A DNA stretch of 64,000 bases, taken from Octopus bimaculoides (taxonomy: Eukaryota). Shown piece after piece: positions 1 to 47,577 of the stretch (position 1 is the stretch's first letter; every line of letters starts with the position of its first letter). The notes under the pieces are model-generated. The model was not told the origin of the DNA and ran no database searches. It saw only the letters and a list, made by a program, of their open reading frames with translations. The stretch lies in contig NC_068990.1 in assembly GCF_001194135.2 (NCBI RefSeq), forward strand, positions 84,840,687 to 84,904,686, given 5' to 3'. The translations under genes were made by a program, and so were the position numbers.

Positions 1-308
1 CTACTATAGCCTCGGGCCGACCAAAGCCTTGTGAGTGGATTTGGTAGACGGAAACTGAAAGAAGCCCGTCGTATATATGTATATATATATGTATGTTTGT
101 GTGTTTGTGTTTGTCCCCCCAACATCGCTTGACAACCGATGCTGATGTGTTTACATCCCCGTAACTTAGCGGTTCGGCAAAAGAGACCGATAGAATAAAT
201 ACTAGGCTTCCAAAGAATAAGTCCTGGGATCGATTCACTCGACTAAAGGCGGTGCTCCAGCATGGCCACAGTCAAAAGACTGAAACAAGTAAAAGAGAGT
301 AAAAGAGT
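1..308 (+). mobile_element. SINE family A (tRNA-like head, central TA/CA microsatellite, GAGTAAAA tail); cut by the window start
   Basis: Near-identical to copies at 19336, 23820, 28298, 29385 and 44427. Confidence 0.9.
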
Positions 309-338
309 GTTATTGCTATGTCATTGTGGTGAACTTAC

Positions 339-35529
<35,191 letters not shown>

Positions 35530-37499
35530 TAGGACAGAGAAGTACACAGCCACAAACTCTTATTTTTATGTTTAAATCCACGAAATGAAATGTAAATATT
35601 GTATATATACGTATATATTTACATATATATACTTGCGTCAGTCCGTGTGTGGTGTGTATAATTTCACAGGTGTTTTGCTTCTCAATCAGGAAGGTGGAAT
35701 AAATCAAGCACACGAAAAATAAAACGTTTGTACGATGTTTGATCCATAATGGGGCATTTGTAGAAGGATTAATTTATAACGATGAATGTATAAACATATG
35801 AATGAATGAACCAAAAGAAGAGAAAGAGAGGGGGGAGAATTAATAAAAGGAGATCAATTCATCTTGTTTTTAGGAGACGATTAAAAATATTAGCTTAATT
35901 AGACGAGTGTATATGTACATGTGATGAATATATATATAAATAACTTTATATGCACTCTGTATACTGTAAATAGTGGTTAATACAACTGGCGCTGTGGTGA
36001 CTATATGGTGAAAGAGACTGCTGCTTCTGCTATCTTAATACTGCTGCAACAACTGTTGAAGCTAAAGCTGTTGTTATCGATTATTGTAGTAGCAGCAGCA
36101 GTTGTTGTTGTTATTGCTGTCGCTGCTGCTTATTTACTTCTGCGGTTGATGCCAGCGCTTCTTGTTCAGTAACTGTTCTTACTGTTGGTGATGATGAAGT
36201 CATTGCCGCTGCTGCTGCAACAGTGTGCAACCCATTTGTTTTTCTCGTTTAATTCCCGATCAGATGTGTAGGAAATAATAAGAGATTTAAGAAAAAAAAT
36301 GTTTAGGAAGAAAGAGAAAAGGAGAGAGAGACAGAGAGGAATATAGTGAGAAATAGAAAATGGAAAAGAAAATGAAGGAGAGAGTAAAATGATTGAATAA
36401 GGTGAAAGATAAAATTGAAAAAACGGGAGAAGAGGATGAAAACGAGAAACTTAAAGAATTAAGAAACTTTTTTTTTTTTTTAGAAGAAAGGAATAAAGAA
36501 TCGGTGGGGAAAAGAAAAAGGGAGAGGGAGACTACGTGGTGTAAGAGAATATTTGGAGATAAAAAGGGAAAATAAGAGAGATAAACAGAGGGGTAACAGA
36601 AATGAGAAAATTAAAGGGAGAAATAGGCGGAAAGAGGGAATATATAAAATGTGGGAAAGGAAGAGGAGAGAAATGTAAGCGAATCAGTTAAGGCAGTTTT
36701 ATTTGAGGTAAGTTTGTCTGCTATTTTTAGCAGATAACTCTAACCATTTGTTTCAAAATAGGGAAGAGGTAAACAGCAAGGTTCCCTCATTGACATATCT
36801 AGGACTATATTATTCAATATGTCCTTTTTAAGACTGTACGATATGATTTGTGGGAAATTTAGCTGCCATAGCTAGCAGGTCAAGTGACTATGTTGACAGT
36901 GAATCTAAAAATACATTCCATTGTGTCCTTCCCATTTTAAGGCAATAAGGTGTAATTTGAAGGAGATTTCGCTGCTGTTTCTAGCGGATTGAGTTATCCT
37001 TCATTGATTTAGGGGATTGCGGACAGAGAAGAGAAAGAAAGGGAATGAGAATAAAATAATTTTTTTTAAATGAGAAACTCGCAGAAATAAGGAAACTTTT
37101 TTTAATCAAAATCCTTCCAAAATCAAGTGACTAAAATAAAACCGTTATCGATATGGAGTAACTTCAGATTTAAAAAAAAAAAGGTTTGATTCCTGCAATT
37201 AAATGGCGTTGGTAATAAAACCTTAAAATTAATACCAAAAAGAAAGAAGCAGAAGAATGGGGTGGATATCCTAAAGATAAGGGAAACCAGAAAATATTGA
37301 AGGTGGACAAAGAAGTGACCTGTCTAAAAAAAAATTGATATGTTTTCATTATCGAATACTTTCGAATGGACACAAAAACACTTACATTGTTAAATAGGTT
37401 TTTTTTTTTACTCTACTGTGGTGAGATTACGGTGCTCCAGAAATTCACTAGAATTAAGGATTGGGCATATTTGGAGATACCTCTGCAAAAACTGAAGAA

Positions 37500-37930
37500 C
37501 ATTAAGTTAGGTTTCATCCTTTTGGGGTCGGTAAAATAAATTGCCAATCAAATACTATAAATTTCGATTTAATATTGATTTCAAATTTTGGCAAAAGGCC
37601 AGCGATTTCGGGGGAGGTGCAAGTCGATTACGCTCAACTAGTACTTATTTCATCGACCTCGAAAGAATAAAAGGCAAAGTTGACCTCAGCGGAATTTGAA
37701 CTCAGAACGTCAAGGTAGACGAAATGCCGCCAAGCATTTTGACCGGCATGCTGACGATTCTGCCAGCTCGCCGCCTGAAGCCTCGATTTAATATTGATTT
37801 CAAATTTTGGCGCAAGGCCAGCAATTTCGACTCCAGCGCTCAACTTGGTCCTTATTTAATCGACCCTACGAAAAGGATGAAAGGCAGAATGGATCTCAGC
37901 AGAATTTGAACACAGAATGTAAAAGGCTTC
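37500..37930 (-). mobile_element. Serial copies of SINE family D (others at ~6370, 22550, 31300, 31870, 52240, 61827-62210)
   Basis: Shared TTACGTTCTGAGTTCAAATTCCGCCGAGGTCGACTTTGCCTTTCATCCTTTCGGGGTCGATAAA. Confidence 0.85.
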
Positions 37931-38559
37931 GATTTAATGTTTCTATAATGCATCTGAGATGTCAAATCAATCATAATAAAGGCTGAAGTTTTCCTCACAA
38001 AGGATTGATTAGCCATCGGAAAGAATTGATAATAGCCAAAGTAAATTAAATTGATCGATGACTGTGTAGACATTGGTTGGACTTCCCCACAACAACATTA
38101 ATAATTTTGGCATGTTTTAAAACCAATATTGTGAGATTTCATTTATGAAACAAATCCATTAAGTATTATGTCTGTTCAAAAGCATTCAAAGATGAAATTA
38201 TGTTCGTTAAATCGCAAGAAAATTAAGAACAACGTAACTTTTAAAGAGTATTACTTATTTACAAACCTGATAATAAAAGATTCGACAAATGTTATGTTGT
38301 ATAAATCCTGTATAACCTCTGATTGAAATGATAGTCCTATGTTCCAGCCATTAAAAGCGTTCGAACTTTCGAAGGCGTTCTATGCTGTCTTTTTCAGACA
38401 TAACATTAAAAGGAGATTGGAGAAGCATGTTACGATGGAAGGCCAAAAGAACGACCATTCCTTAGGTGCTTCAATGTCTCTCGGTACATCTCGAGGGGAA
38501 CAATATCGTTCGGAAAGGGCTGAAAAGTCATTGTAATTTCCAGCCAATAGCTGAGGAAA

Positions 38560-40770
38560 GGAGTAGAACTACATTGCACATGTTCTGGAATATTGATCTG
38601 TTTCTAGCCTACATTTATCTCCTGTTCTTTGGGTCAAACTATTTAGGCTCACCAAGCCCAACGTTGACCTCCGCCCCATAGCAGTTGGTTGTACTTTGCG
38701 ACGGCTCACAGCAAAAGTGTGTCTGTCCTTAGTTTCTAACTGCCTGACTGAGGAATTTTCACCTATTCAGCTAGGAATGGGTACAAAGCTAGGTTGTGAG
38801 GCTACTGCTCATGCCATCAGGGCTTTCACCAACTTGCCCTCTTAGTCCCCAAAGGTCATCCTCTAACTTGACCTTAACAATGATTTTAACTCCATCAGTT
38901 GAGACGTCATCCTCCGCGCAGTAAGGGAGAATTCCCCACCACTTTATCACTTTGTTTGGCAAGCCTATTGGGAGCCCTCCTACCTCTCGTTTGGTGAACA
39001 CCTCATCCCATCTGCTTCTGGCGTCCAACAGAGTGATCCACTTGGTCCTGCCCTATTTGCACTGGGTTCTGAGGATGTTGCCAAGATGGGAACCGACCTA
39101 GACCTAAATGTCTGGTAACTCGATGATGCTTGTTTGGGAGGCCCTCCTGACAAGGTGCTTGCAACTGCGAAGACGATGAACGAGGAACTTAGTCGTAGAG
39201 GTCTTAGCATCAACAGCTCCAAATACGAGCTCTGGCTCCTCAGTCAACCAGCTTCGAATGAGCAGACGACTAAACTACTTGTTGACTCCCTCCCCTCAGT
39301 CACGATTCCTCCTTCATCAGCATGGTTCTCCCTTGGAGCCCAAACTACTGACCCAGCTTTCGAATCCATCTTTAGATCCAAAATGGCTAACCTCGAATAA
39401 CTTTTTAAAAACTTTGAAGTAATTGAGCCCCAACAAGGTCTTTTTTTATACTTAAGAATTACTTGTCAATTCCTAACCTATTGTATTTTCTGAGAGTTAG
39501 TTCCTCTTACAGATTCCTGTCGTCCCACCAATACTGTGACTACCCAATCTTCATTGCTTGGTCAATGTCAAAGTTTCCCCAGACGTCCGCGACCAAGCTG
39601 CTTTGCCCAACCGGTTTGGGGGTTTAGGTCTGCGCAAGTGCTCGTCTTTATCTCTTCCCTGTCACCCATTTCACACCCGATAAAGACGGTATACATTCGC
39701 AAAAGTTGACCACATTGTTATCTTGAAAATAACATGTTAGTGCAAGTATAAATTTATTGATTAACATCTGTCACACACAGCCACTGGCGAAACCTGTCAC
39801 TTGAAGCAAATTGTGACTGCAAACTGACCACCCGCCAGTATTTCAGTTATGGACTCAGTCATTTTGTAACACATGTGAATGACGTTAACAAATATAATTA
39901 TCAAGATGTTAAATTTAAAATTGATTTTAAACAGTATTTGAATTTTTTTCTTTGAATTTACGAAGAAAATATTTTAAAATATTAACAAATATAACTCATT
40001 TTTTGTATTTTATGAACTTAGTAATTCTTTTCTTACCTCCATCCACTCTTATTTCCCTTCCGTACTATCAACTAGTTCTGACGGGAGATGGATGAATCTT
40101 TGCTACAGCAGAGAGAACTGGGTTTGTCAGTTCCTGATACAGTTGAAGATAGACAGAAGCAGAGAGTTGGAACAATATGTGCTCAGGTGCTACTTTTAAC
40201 TCTCTCTTTGATCAATCTGTTCGTTTTTAAAGGTATCGTCTACTTATTGCAAGTATGAAATTCTCGGGGTACTGTACTGATACCCTACCTATGATCAATA
40301 TTGGTGGTCTGCTCAGTCTGGATGAGCTCCGCATCTCCATTGAACTCCATTAAGTGGGTGACTGAAATGTCGACGTAGTGGAACCGTCGACTCCATAGGC
40401 CTTCATGATTTGTCTTGCAACCTAAATGCTTAGTCGTTTCGCTCGTCACACCTAGTTAAACTTCATCATTAAGTGGGTCCTGGCTTGGGTTAATATTCCC
40501 TCAATTCTGGAGCTGGCGGGGTTAACCAGACATGAAAGGAAGAGACCAGATGGTCTTACTCTTTGTCTCTGTGTAAGAGGTAGTTGCCTCATTTGGGACG
40601 CCACAGTCTGTGACTCATTTGCTCTATCTGACATCCTGGATGCTGCGGTAAATGGAAGAATCACTGCTTCCGTAGCCGAACGGAACAAAATCCTCTGGTA
40701 TCGGGACTTGTCAGTGAACCATTTTTTTAATTGGCAGCCCAATCTGTCAACCATGGTAAGACTACATAGC
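38560..40770 (+). mobile_element. Decayed CRE-clade non-LTR retrotransposon (RT plus restriction-like endonuclease)
   Basis: Conceptual translation LRPIAVGCTLRRLTAK, QLGMGTKLGCEA, SGVQQSDPLGP, W*LDD, LPNRFGGLGLR, then ELRISI, RH, KRPDG, IWDAT; many stops and frameshifts; ~360-bp unrelated insert at ~39662-40025. Confidence 0.85.
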
Positions 40771-43354
40771 ATGAAAGATCGTTGGTGCAGTTTCTCCTTC
40801 GTTATTTCTGTTGCGTTTGTACGATAGTAACCAAAAGTAAACTACAGAGTGAACATTTTCTGTTCTTCAGAATTTAGTTTCGTAACCTCAGCAATCTCGC
40901 GCTTAAGTAAGACCTCTTTCCATATCAATCCTGGCAACTAGGGACACTAAATACAAGCATATTCTTATTAAGGGAGTATGTCCCAAAATGAGTTCCTTGA
41001 AATTTAAAAAAGATTTTTTAGGGTTCTGGGAAATAAGGTGTCTTTTAATGAAAAAAAATCACAGAATATTGTATCGTCATTGTCTACAAGTCATTTGTAA
41101 TGACTTAAATATGTTTAATTACCTCAACTATATATAGATTTATTAATTAATGATTTAATTTACAAGAGTAACGGGATATTAACATACTATTTAAATGGAA
41201 AGTGAGATTTCTCCAATTACTTTTTCTTAACCAAAACTGTATCTGCTTTCCTGTAACTTTTTCCTACTTAAAATTGATGCTGTTTTCTAGTCACCGAAAA
41301 ATAATATCCAATTTATATTATATTTTATAGATATGATTAATAGATCTCAAAGAAATTGGCGAAAAGGAATACCCATGAAAGAATATCGCTAAAATCTTTG
41401 GACAAAGCATGCATCTTACACCTTCCTTCCACCACTGTAAATTCAATACTTTCAGCCTACGTCAGAAAGAAATCAATATCTCTAAATATAGATTCTTAAC
41501 CAATTTTATCCAGTAATGTTTCTAAATATAGAAACACAAGTCCAAAATGGATAACCGTTAGTTTTATTTCATGGATATTGTGAGTGCATGTGTTTATGTG
41601 TAATTTTTTAATGTTAACGTGTTTGATTCTGTTTTAATATGTAGTTTATAGAATTTCACATGCCACTATCTTGGTGTTTGTATATGTGGATGTATATCTA
41701 CGTTTGTGTGTAATTCTTTGGGTTCATGTGCTTTGTCTGTGAGTGCGGCCTGTGATCTGTGTAATCATATGTACCAGTCTTATGTGTTAGTGTAACGTTC
41801 ATTACTTTACAGTGTCATCCATTTATGGCCTCCTAAAGTTTGTTCACAAACAATCCTCCTCACAGTTTTACTGCAAAATTAGAAACGTTTTCCGTAACAC
41901 ATTGCTCTTCCAAATCCTTCGTAGTTTAACATATGACAAATCACTAAGTGCACTGGACATACGTGGACACTCCCACGTGCGTAACAATGGTGGCCATAAT
42001 GGTAAAATTTGTGTAGTACAATGTAACTCATAAGAGTGATGGTCAAGCTCATCAATTGCAAGCATGTTGCGCTAGCTAGTTGGCGCACCGTTTCAAAAGT
42101 CCATTTTCTTTTCGGACAGACCATTCGTGTGTTTTCGTATTTTACTTTCAAATATTCCTTTGTTTCGCGACCACACTTCTTACAAAAGCATCTTTCCCTA
42201 CCTTGTTTTTGCTATTCCGTGTGCTTTACCATGGTTTCTATGGCTGGATGCCCTTCCTAATGCCAACCACTCCAAGAGTGTAGTGGATGCTTTTTACATG
42301 CCACTGACATTGGTCACGACTATGATCTCACTTGGCTTGACGGGTCTTCTCAAGCTGCTGACATCATCATCAACATCATCATTGTTTAACGTCCGTTTTC
42401 CATGCTGGCATGGGTAGGATGGTTTGACTGAGGTCTGGGGAGTCAGTGGCTGCACCAGGCTCCAATCTGATCTGGCAATGTTTCTACAGCTGGATGCTCT
42501 TCCTAATGCTAACCACTCTGAGAGTGTGGTGGGTGCTTGTTACGTGCCACCAGCACAGGAGCCAGTCAAACGGGCCTGGCATCGATCATGTTTGGATAGT
42601 GCTTTTTACGTGCTACTGGTATGGAAGCCAGTCAAGGGGTACTGGCATCAGCCATGTTCAGATGGTGCTTTTTATGTGCCACTGGCACAGGGGCCAGTCG
42701 GGCGGTCCTGGCATCAATCGTATTTGGATAGTGCTTTTTACATGCCACCAGCACAAGAACCAGTCAGGGGGTACTCGCATCAGCTACGTTCGGATAGTGC
42801 ATGGCAGATTTTCAGTACTGTTGAAGGAAATGAGTTTGTCATATACCCAGATATTGTTTAGGTCTTTTTCATGGAAGTAGAGTTTATTTGACACAAGGTG
42901 TATAGTTAGCTTATATCTATGTGCAAAATGTTTTTGAGAAGCAATGGATATCATCAATTCAAGGATTAATTACTATATTAAACAACAAATGAACACCATA
43001 ATAGATAAGAAAGCTAATCTACAGTCTTCATATTACTAATTGGTGATATTAAAATACATAAAATGCAGTTATTCTTTTAATTTAAAATGAAGACTATAGA
43101 TTAGAGCAGTGGTTTTAAATCTTTTTGATTTTGTGGTACATTGGGATTCAGATAAATCTGTTTTCACATTGTAAGTTTAAAAAGAAAAGTTTTAATTGAA
43201 AGATTTTATTTAGCCTGTTTCATTAATTCTCTTGATACCAACCCACTTGAGGATGCCCTAGTTTCATCCATCCATTGGTCCCTCTTCTCCACCCACTATT
43301 TCTAGCAATATCATGTCAGGATATCACTGAGGGTTCCTTAAAATGGTCGTTCAA

Positions 43355-43930
43355 TTTGCTAGAAATAGCAGTTAAATCTTTCTCAAATTACACCCTTTGA
43401 TCATAAAATAGGAAACGACACAGTTAAAGTAGAACATAAATACCCATGTAATGACAGGATGGTCATTGTTGGAATGCTTTTGATCATAGCTCTGCTGGAT
43501 CAAGGTTGGTCTGGTGCTAAGCAATAATGTTTAATTTTCAAGCCAACAAGGAAGTTGCTAGACTGCTACAAAGAGCAGCCAAGTCTCTTTCAAATTACAA
43601 CCTACCATCTTAAAATAACAAAATTCCATATTTGGTAATGTATCCTTAGATACCTTTTGCTTCTGATCATAAACCTCTGTTTGATCTAGTGTTAAACAAC
43701 AAGAATCAAAAGGTTTGACAAAAATCTTTGGAGAACAGAGAGATAGATAGATAGATATATATAGAGAGAGATGGGTTGCAAGAAACAGCATTCCAAATTT
43801 GCCCCAAATAACACCTTACTATCTTAAAACAAGAGGGCTCACATAGGATAATGTATTCTTGTATAAAAGATGCAATGGACATGACAAAAACTACTTTGAT
43901 TTTGCTCATAGGTCTATTCAATCATGACTG
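43355..43930 (+). mobile_element. Cluster of old repeat family E (others at ~4840, 7610, 27040, 50040, 57650, 58790)
   Basis: Shared CTAGAAATAGCAGCCAAATCT...GGATGGTCATGGCTGGAATG...GATCATAGGTCT. Confidence 0.7.
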
Positions 43931-44426
43931 GCCTGAGTTAAATGACAATAACCTTATAATATTTAGCACATCTTGTTTGTTCCAATACCAACAATACACT
44001 GTTGGTTTAAGGATACAACAAGACATGTAAATCCTACTTTTGGATTAGCTTCATGTTAATGATACATGTATTAGTGTTTAGCACCACCACTTCAATCTCT
44101 TTAACAGATTTGATGAACAGAAAAGGAGTTTAAAACAGAGGATTTCATCACCACCATCTAGTCAGTTGACAAAACATGATGGGATATCTATTAGTTAATC
44201 TAAGTTAATCCCTTGTAATATATGTTGGCAGGCAAGAGATGTAATAACTACTAAAAATATCTAAGTCAGTTAATTCATACTAGGGATAAAAAGATAAAAC
44301 AGCAACATTATCATGGAAATGTTAAGTAATGTGACATTTAATCACACATTTATTTCAAGACCAATTAGGTCATCTCAACAAGCCATCAAACAGGGAGGAA
44401 AAGGAGGAGAGAGGAAAAAAAAATAT

Positions 44427-44816
44427 AAGTAGCTTGCTTACCAACCACATGGTCCCGGGTTCAGTCCCACTGCGTGGCATCTTGGGCAAGTGTCTTCTAC
44501 TATAGCCTCGGGCCGACCAAAGCCTTGTGAGTGGATTTGGTAGACGGAAACTGAAAGAAGCCTGTCGTATATATGTATATATATATATGTGTGTGTGTGT
44601 GTATGTGTTTGTATGTCTGTGTTTGTCCCCCAACATCGCTTGACAACCGATGCTGGTGTGTTCATGTCCCCGTAACTTAGCGGTTCGGCAAAAGAGACCG
44701 ATAGAATAAGTACTAGGTTTCCAAAGAATAAGTCCTGGGGTCGATTTGCTCGACTAAAGGCGGTGCTCCAGCATGGCCACAGTCAAAAGACTGAAACAAG
44801 TAAAAGAGTAAAAGAA
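44427..44816 (+). mobile_element. SINE family A (diverged partial copies also at ~8646, 15497, 58020, 59329, 59660, 63540)
   Basis: Matches the other copies. Confidence 0.9.
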
Positions 44817-46716
44817 TATATATATATAAAGATAAAAATCAGTTTTTCCTTTAACTCAAAATGGCAACAAATTTCATTTCACTGAAACTATACACACAGC
44901 TCTAAAAGTTCTCATCAAATATATATGTTCCTTTAACATGGACAGTCAAGTCAATATTGGGCACAGATCAACTAATGGCCTAATGTAGTTCTGCTGTAGA
45001 AAAACTGGGTGGATAGTTTGAAAAAAATTGCTTCCTGTATTATCAATGAATTTTCTCTTCATGGAGTTAAATAGGGTGTGGTGAATCCTATAACTTACTG
45101 ATCTATTGGGACATCGCTGCAGTTTTTGTCTCTGCATCGTGTGTCTAGGGAAGATACTTTCCTTACTGAAATTATCTACTATAATAATACTCTTGTGTTT
45201 TTCTCCGTCACAGCATATGAATGAGAAAGAAGGGGTGATAGATGAATAAGGAAGGAAGGGGTGATGTCAAACTGGTAGTGGGATGATGGGAATTCTATGG
45301 TGAAAAGAAATTCAAACAGTGTTTCAACTCTGTGTGAGTATATGTGTGTGTGTAAAGAGGTGATGGGGAAGTAGAGGGAGACTTAACAGCGACATAGAGC
45401 AAGAGACCTACAGGTAGATATATTGTATTTACCTGCTTTATCACTACCATTATTTTAATGTTATTTTTGTTTTGTTTTTTTGACATGTTGACATGGGTAG
45501 ATAGGTAGGTGTTCTTAAGCGCTGAATGTCATCAATCATTAGGTTCTTTGTCATTTCCTTTGAGAAGCTCAGCATCCTGAAATTAATTTTCACTACTTCA
45601 CCATAGTTCTTTTGTCTTCTATATTCTAGGTCATTTCCTTTGTAACATCTGCCACCTCAGTGATATAAACTATTACTGGTGCAACAAAAGAAGTAGTATC
45701 ATAGGTTTCAAAAATGCTGAAACTAAGCTGATTCTGGCCTCCATTGCTGATGAGGGATGTTTCATGTCTAATTGTCCTTTTCTTTTAGTTGTTTCCATAT
45801 TCCACTTCATTTTTCCATTAGAGACACACACACATATTATTCAAATATGTTTGTATTTATATAACATCATTTATAAGTGATATAACGTTGTTTATAAGTG
45901 CTCGCCCATTTATATATATATATATATGAATTCGATGACTGGCACCTGTGCCAGTGGAGCGCTAACAGCACCATCGAAGCAGGATCATTGCCAGAGCAGC
46001 TGTCTGGCTTCCGTGCTGGTGGTATGTAAAAAGCACCATTTGAGCGAGGTCGTTGCCAGTGCCGCTGGACTAACTCTCTTTGTTGTTCCTTTCAGTAAAC
46101 ACATTATCACTCTCTCTTTTTACTTCTTTCAAATATACATCTCCCCTGTGTTCAATTTTCTCTTTGCCATCTACCTCTTTCTTCAACTATTTAACCACAT
46201 ACCATAATAGCAATTGAGCCTTTCCTCCAAGCTCTCACCACTGACCACTTTCTACTCTCTCTCTTTCTCTCACTCCCACCTCTTCTCCCTTCAACTAACC
46301 ACAGCATCTAACATTTTCCTCCAGCATATCAATATATATATATATATAACAGTAGTGGTAATAGTAGTAGTAGTAACAATAATAAAAGCCAAAAAAAACT
46401 GTTTATGTTTTTAAAAATTTTAATCTATGATATGCAAAACAAAACTTTGAAATGTATGAGAAACAAAACCTGATAATTTCAGGTTCTTTTTGAATGATAG
46501 TTTATAGCAACTTTCAAATACTGTTTATGTATTCAAGATTCCGTGTTATATTTGTGTTGCAACCTTTACATAACACCTCCTATGTTACACATGTTCCATA
46601 TTATGTTAAGTCGTCAGTTACACATTTTCTGTCAGAAGCTTTACATAGCACTGTTTGTATTACTTGCTACATGCTATGCAAAGTATAGTTACATAACATG
46701 TTACATTTTCTATGTT

Positions 46717-46754
<38 letters not shown>

Positions 46755-46848
46755 GTATGAAACATATATGAATATCTTCAGTAAATCATAAATCCAAAAG
46801 AGAAGCACAGTCTCAGTTATAGAGCAGCAGAGTATATAAATAAAGATA

Positions 46849-47067
46849 GATATGGCTTTGTATATGGGGTTAGCCTATGTTTCACGTCCATAAAGTGCTC
46901 AGCTTTACAGAATTTCTTCAGACCCTAAAACTGTTAGCCTATGGCCTCTCTAGCAAGACTTGCTAGAGAGGCCATAGGCAAATAGGTTTTAGGGTCTGAA
47001 GAAATGCTGTAAAGCTGAGCACTTTATGGACGTGAAACCCAGGATAACCCCATAGACTGGCCATATC
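46849..47067. repeat. ~220-bp near-perfect inverted repeat
   Basis: Central 21-bp perfect arms around A46958; outer blocks of 18 and 32 bp pair perfectly. Confidence 0.92.
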
Positions 47068-47261
47068 TTTACCCATATATATATATATACACACACACAT
47101 ATAGAGCCTTACTCATTATGTCTGTTATGTTGTACTGGTTATATATTGTACAGTATGTCTTATGTAGCATTCCATGTAGCAAATCTGTTACATATTTTAT
47201 GTAAGGAACCTGTGACACAGGTTATATGTTACACTTACCATGTTACAAGTGTCATCTTTTG

Positions 47262-47267
47262 TTTATT
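47262..47267 (-). terminator. Candidate proximal polyadenylation signal (AATAAA)
   Basis: AATAAA on the minus strand ~175 nt after the ARM-Schlafen stop codon; AT-rich context makes a chance match likely. Confidence 0.3.
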
Positions 47268-47442
47268 ATGTTACAGGATTCATTTAATGACCGTCATGTT
47301 ACAACTTTCGTCTTACATATTAAATCTTACACGTCTTATCTTGTTATGCATTCAAGCCCTCAATATCACAAATTCTGTCACATTTTTCTTGTTAATTTGT
47401 GCATGTAAGTCCTTACAATGAGAGTCCTTCTAGTTCCAGCAG

Positions 47443-47577
47443 TCAAACTGGGGACATTGGGTTTTTATAATTTGTCCTCGCTTGAATAGCGGTTAATCTA
47501 TCAAGCTCATCCTTCCATTTCTTTTCCTCAAGTTTCCATTTCTCTAACTCAGCACCAATAACCATTAGTCGCAGCAT
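47443..47577 (-). CDS. Terminal coding exon: MLRLMVIGAELEKWKLEEKKWKDELDRLTAIQARTNYKNPMSPV*
   Basis: GACTACAG acceptor, phase 0, charged helical/coiled-coil tail, TGA at 47445-47443. Confidence 0.85.
   Translation of the reverse strand: MLRLMVIGAELEKWKLEEKKWKDELDRLTAIQARTNYKNPMSPV

Noticed and set aside
36010-36680. CTG/CAG/GTT-rich and purine-rich tracts upstream of SLC15 exon 1 as coding or regulatory units
   Set aside because: Low-complexity sequence typical of this genome (also at 20700-21190), with no specific structure beyond composition
41812-42283. Cluster of overlapping 65-96 aa ORFs on both strands
   Set aside because: No recognisable domain, splice context or consistent frame
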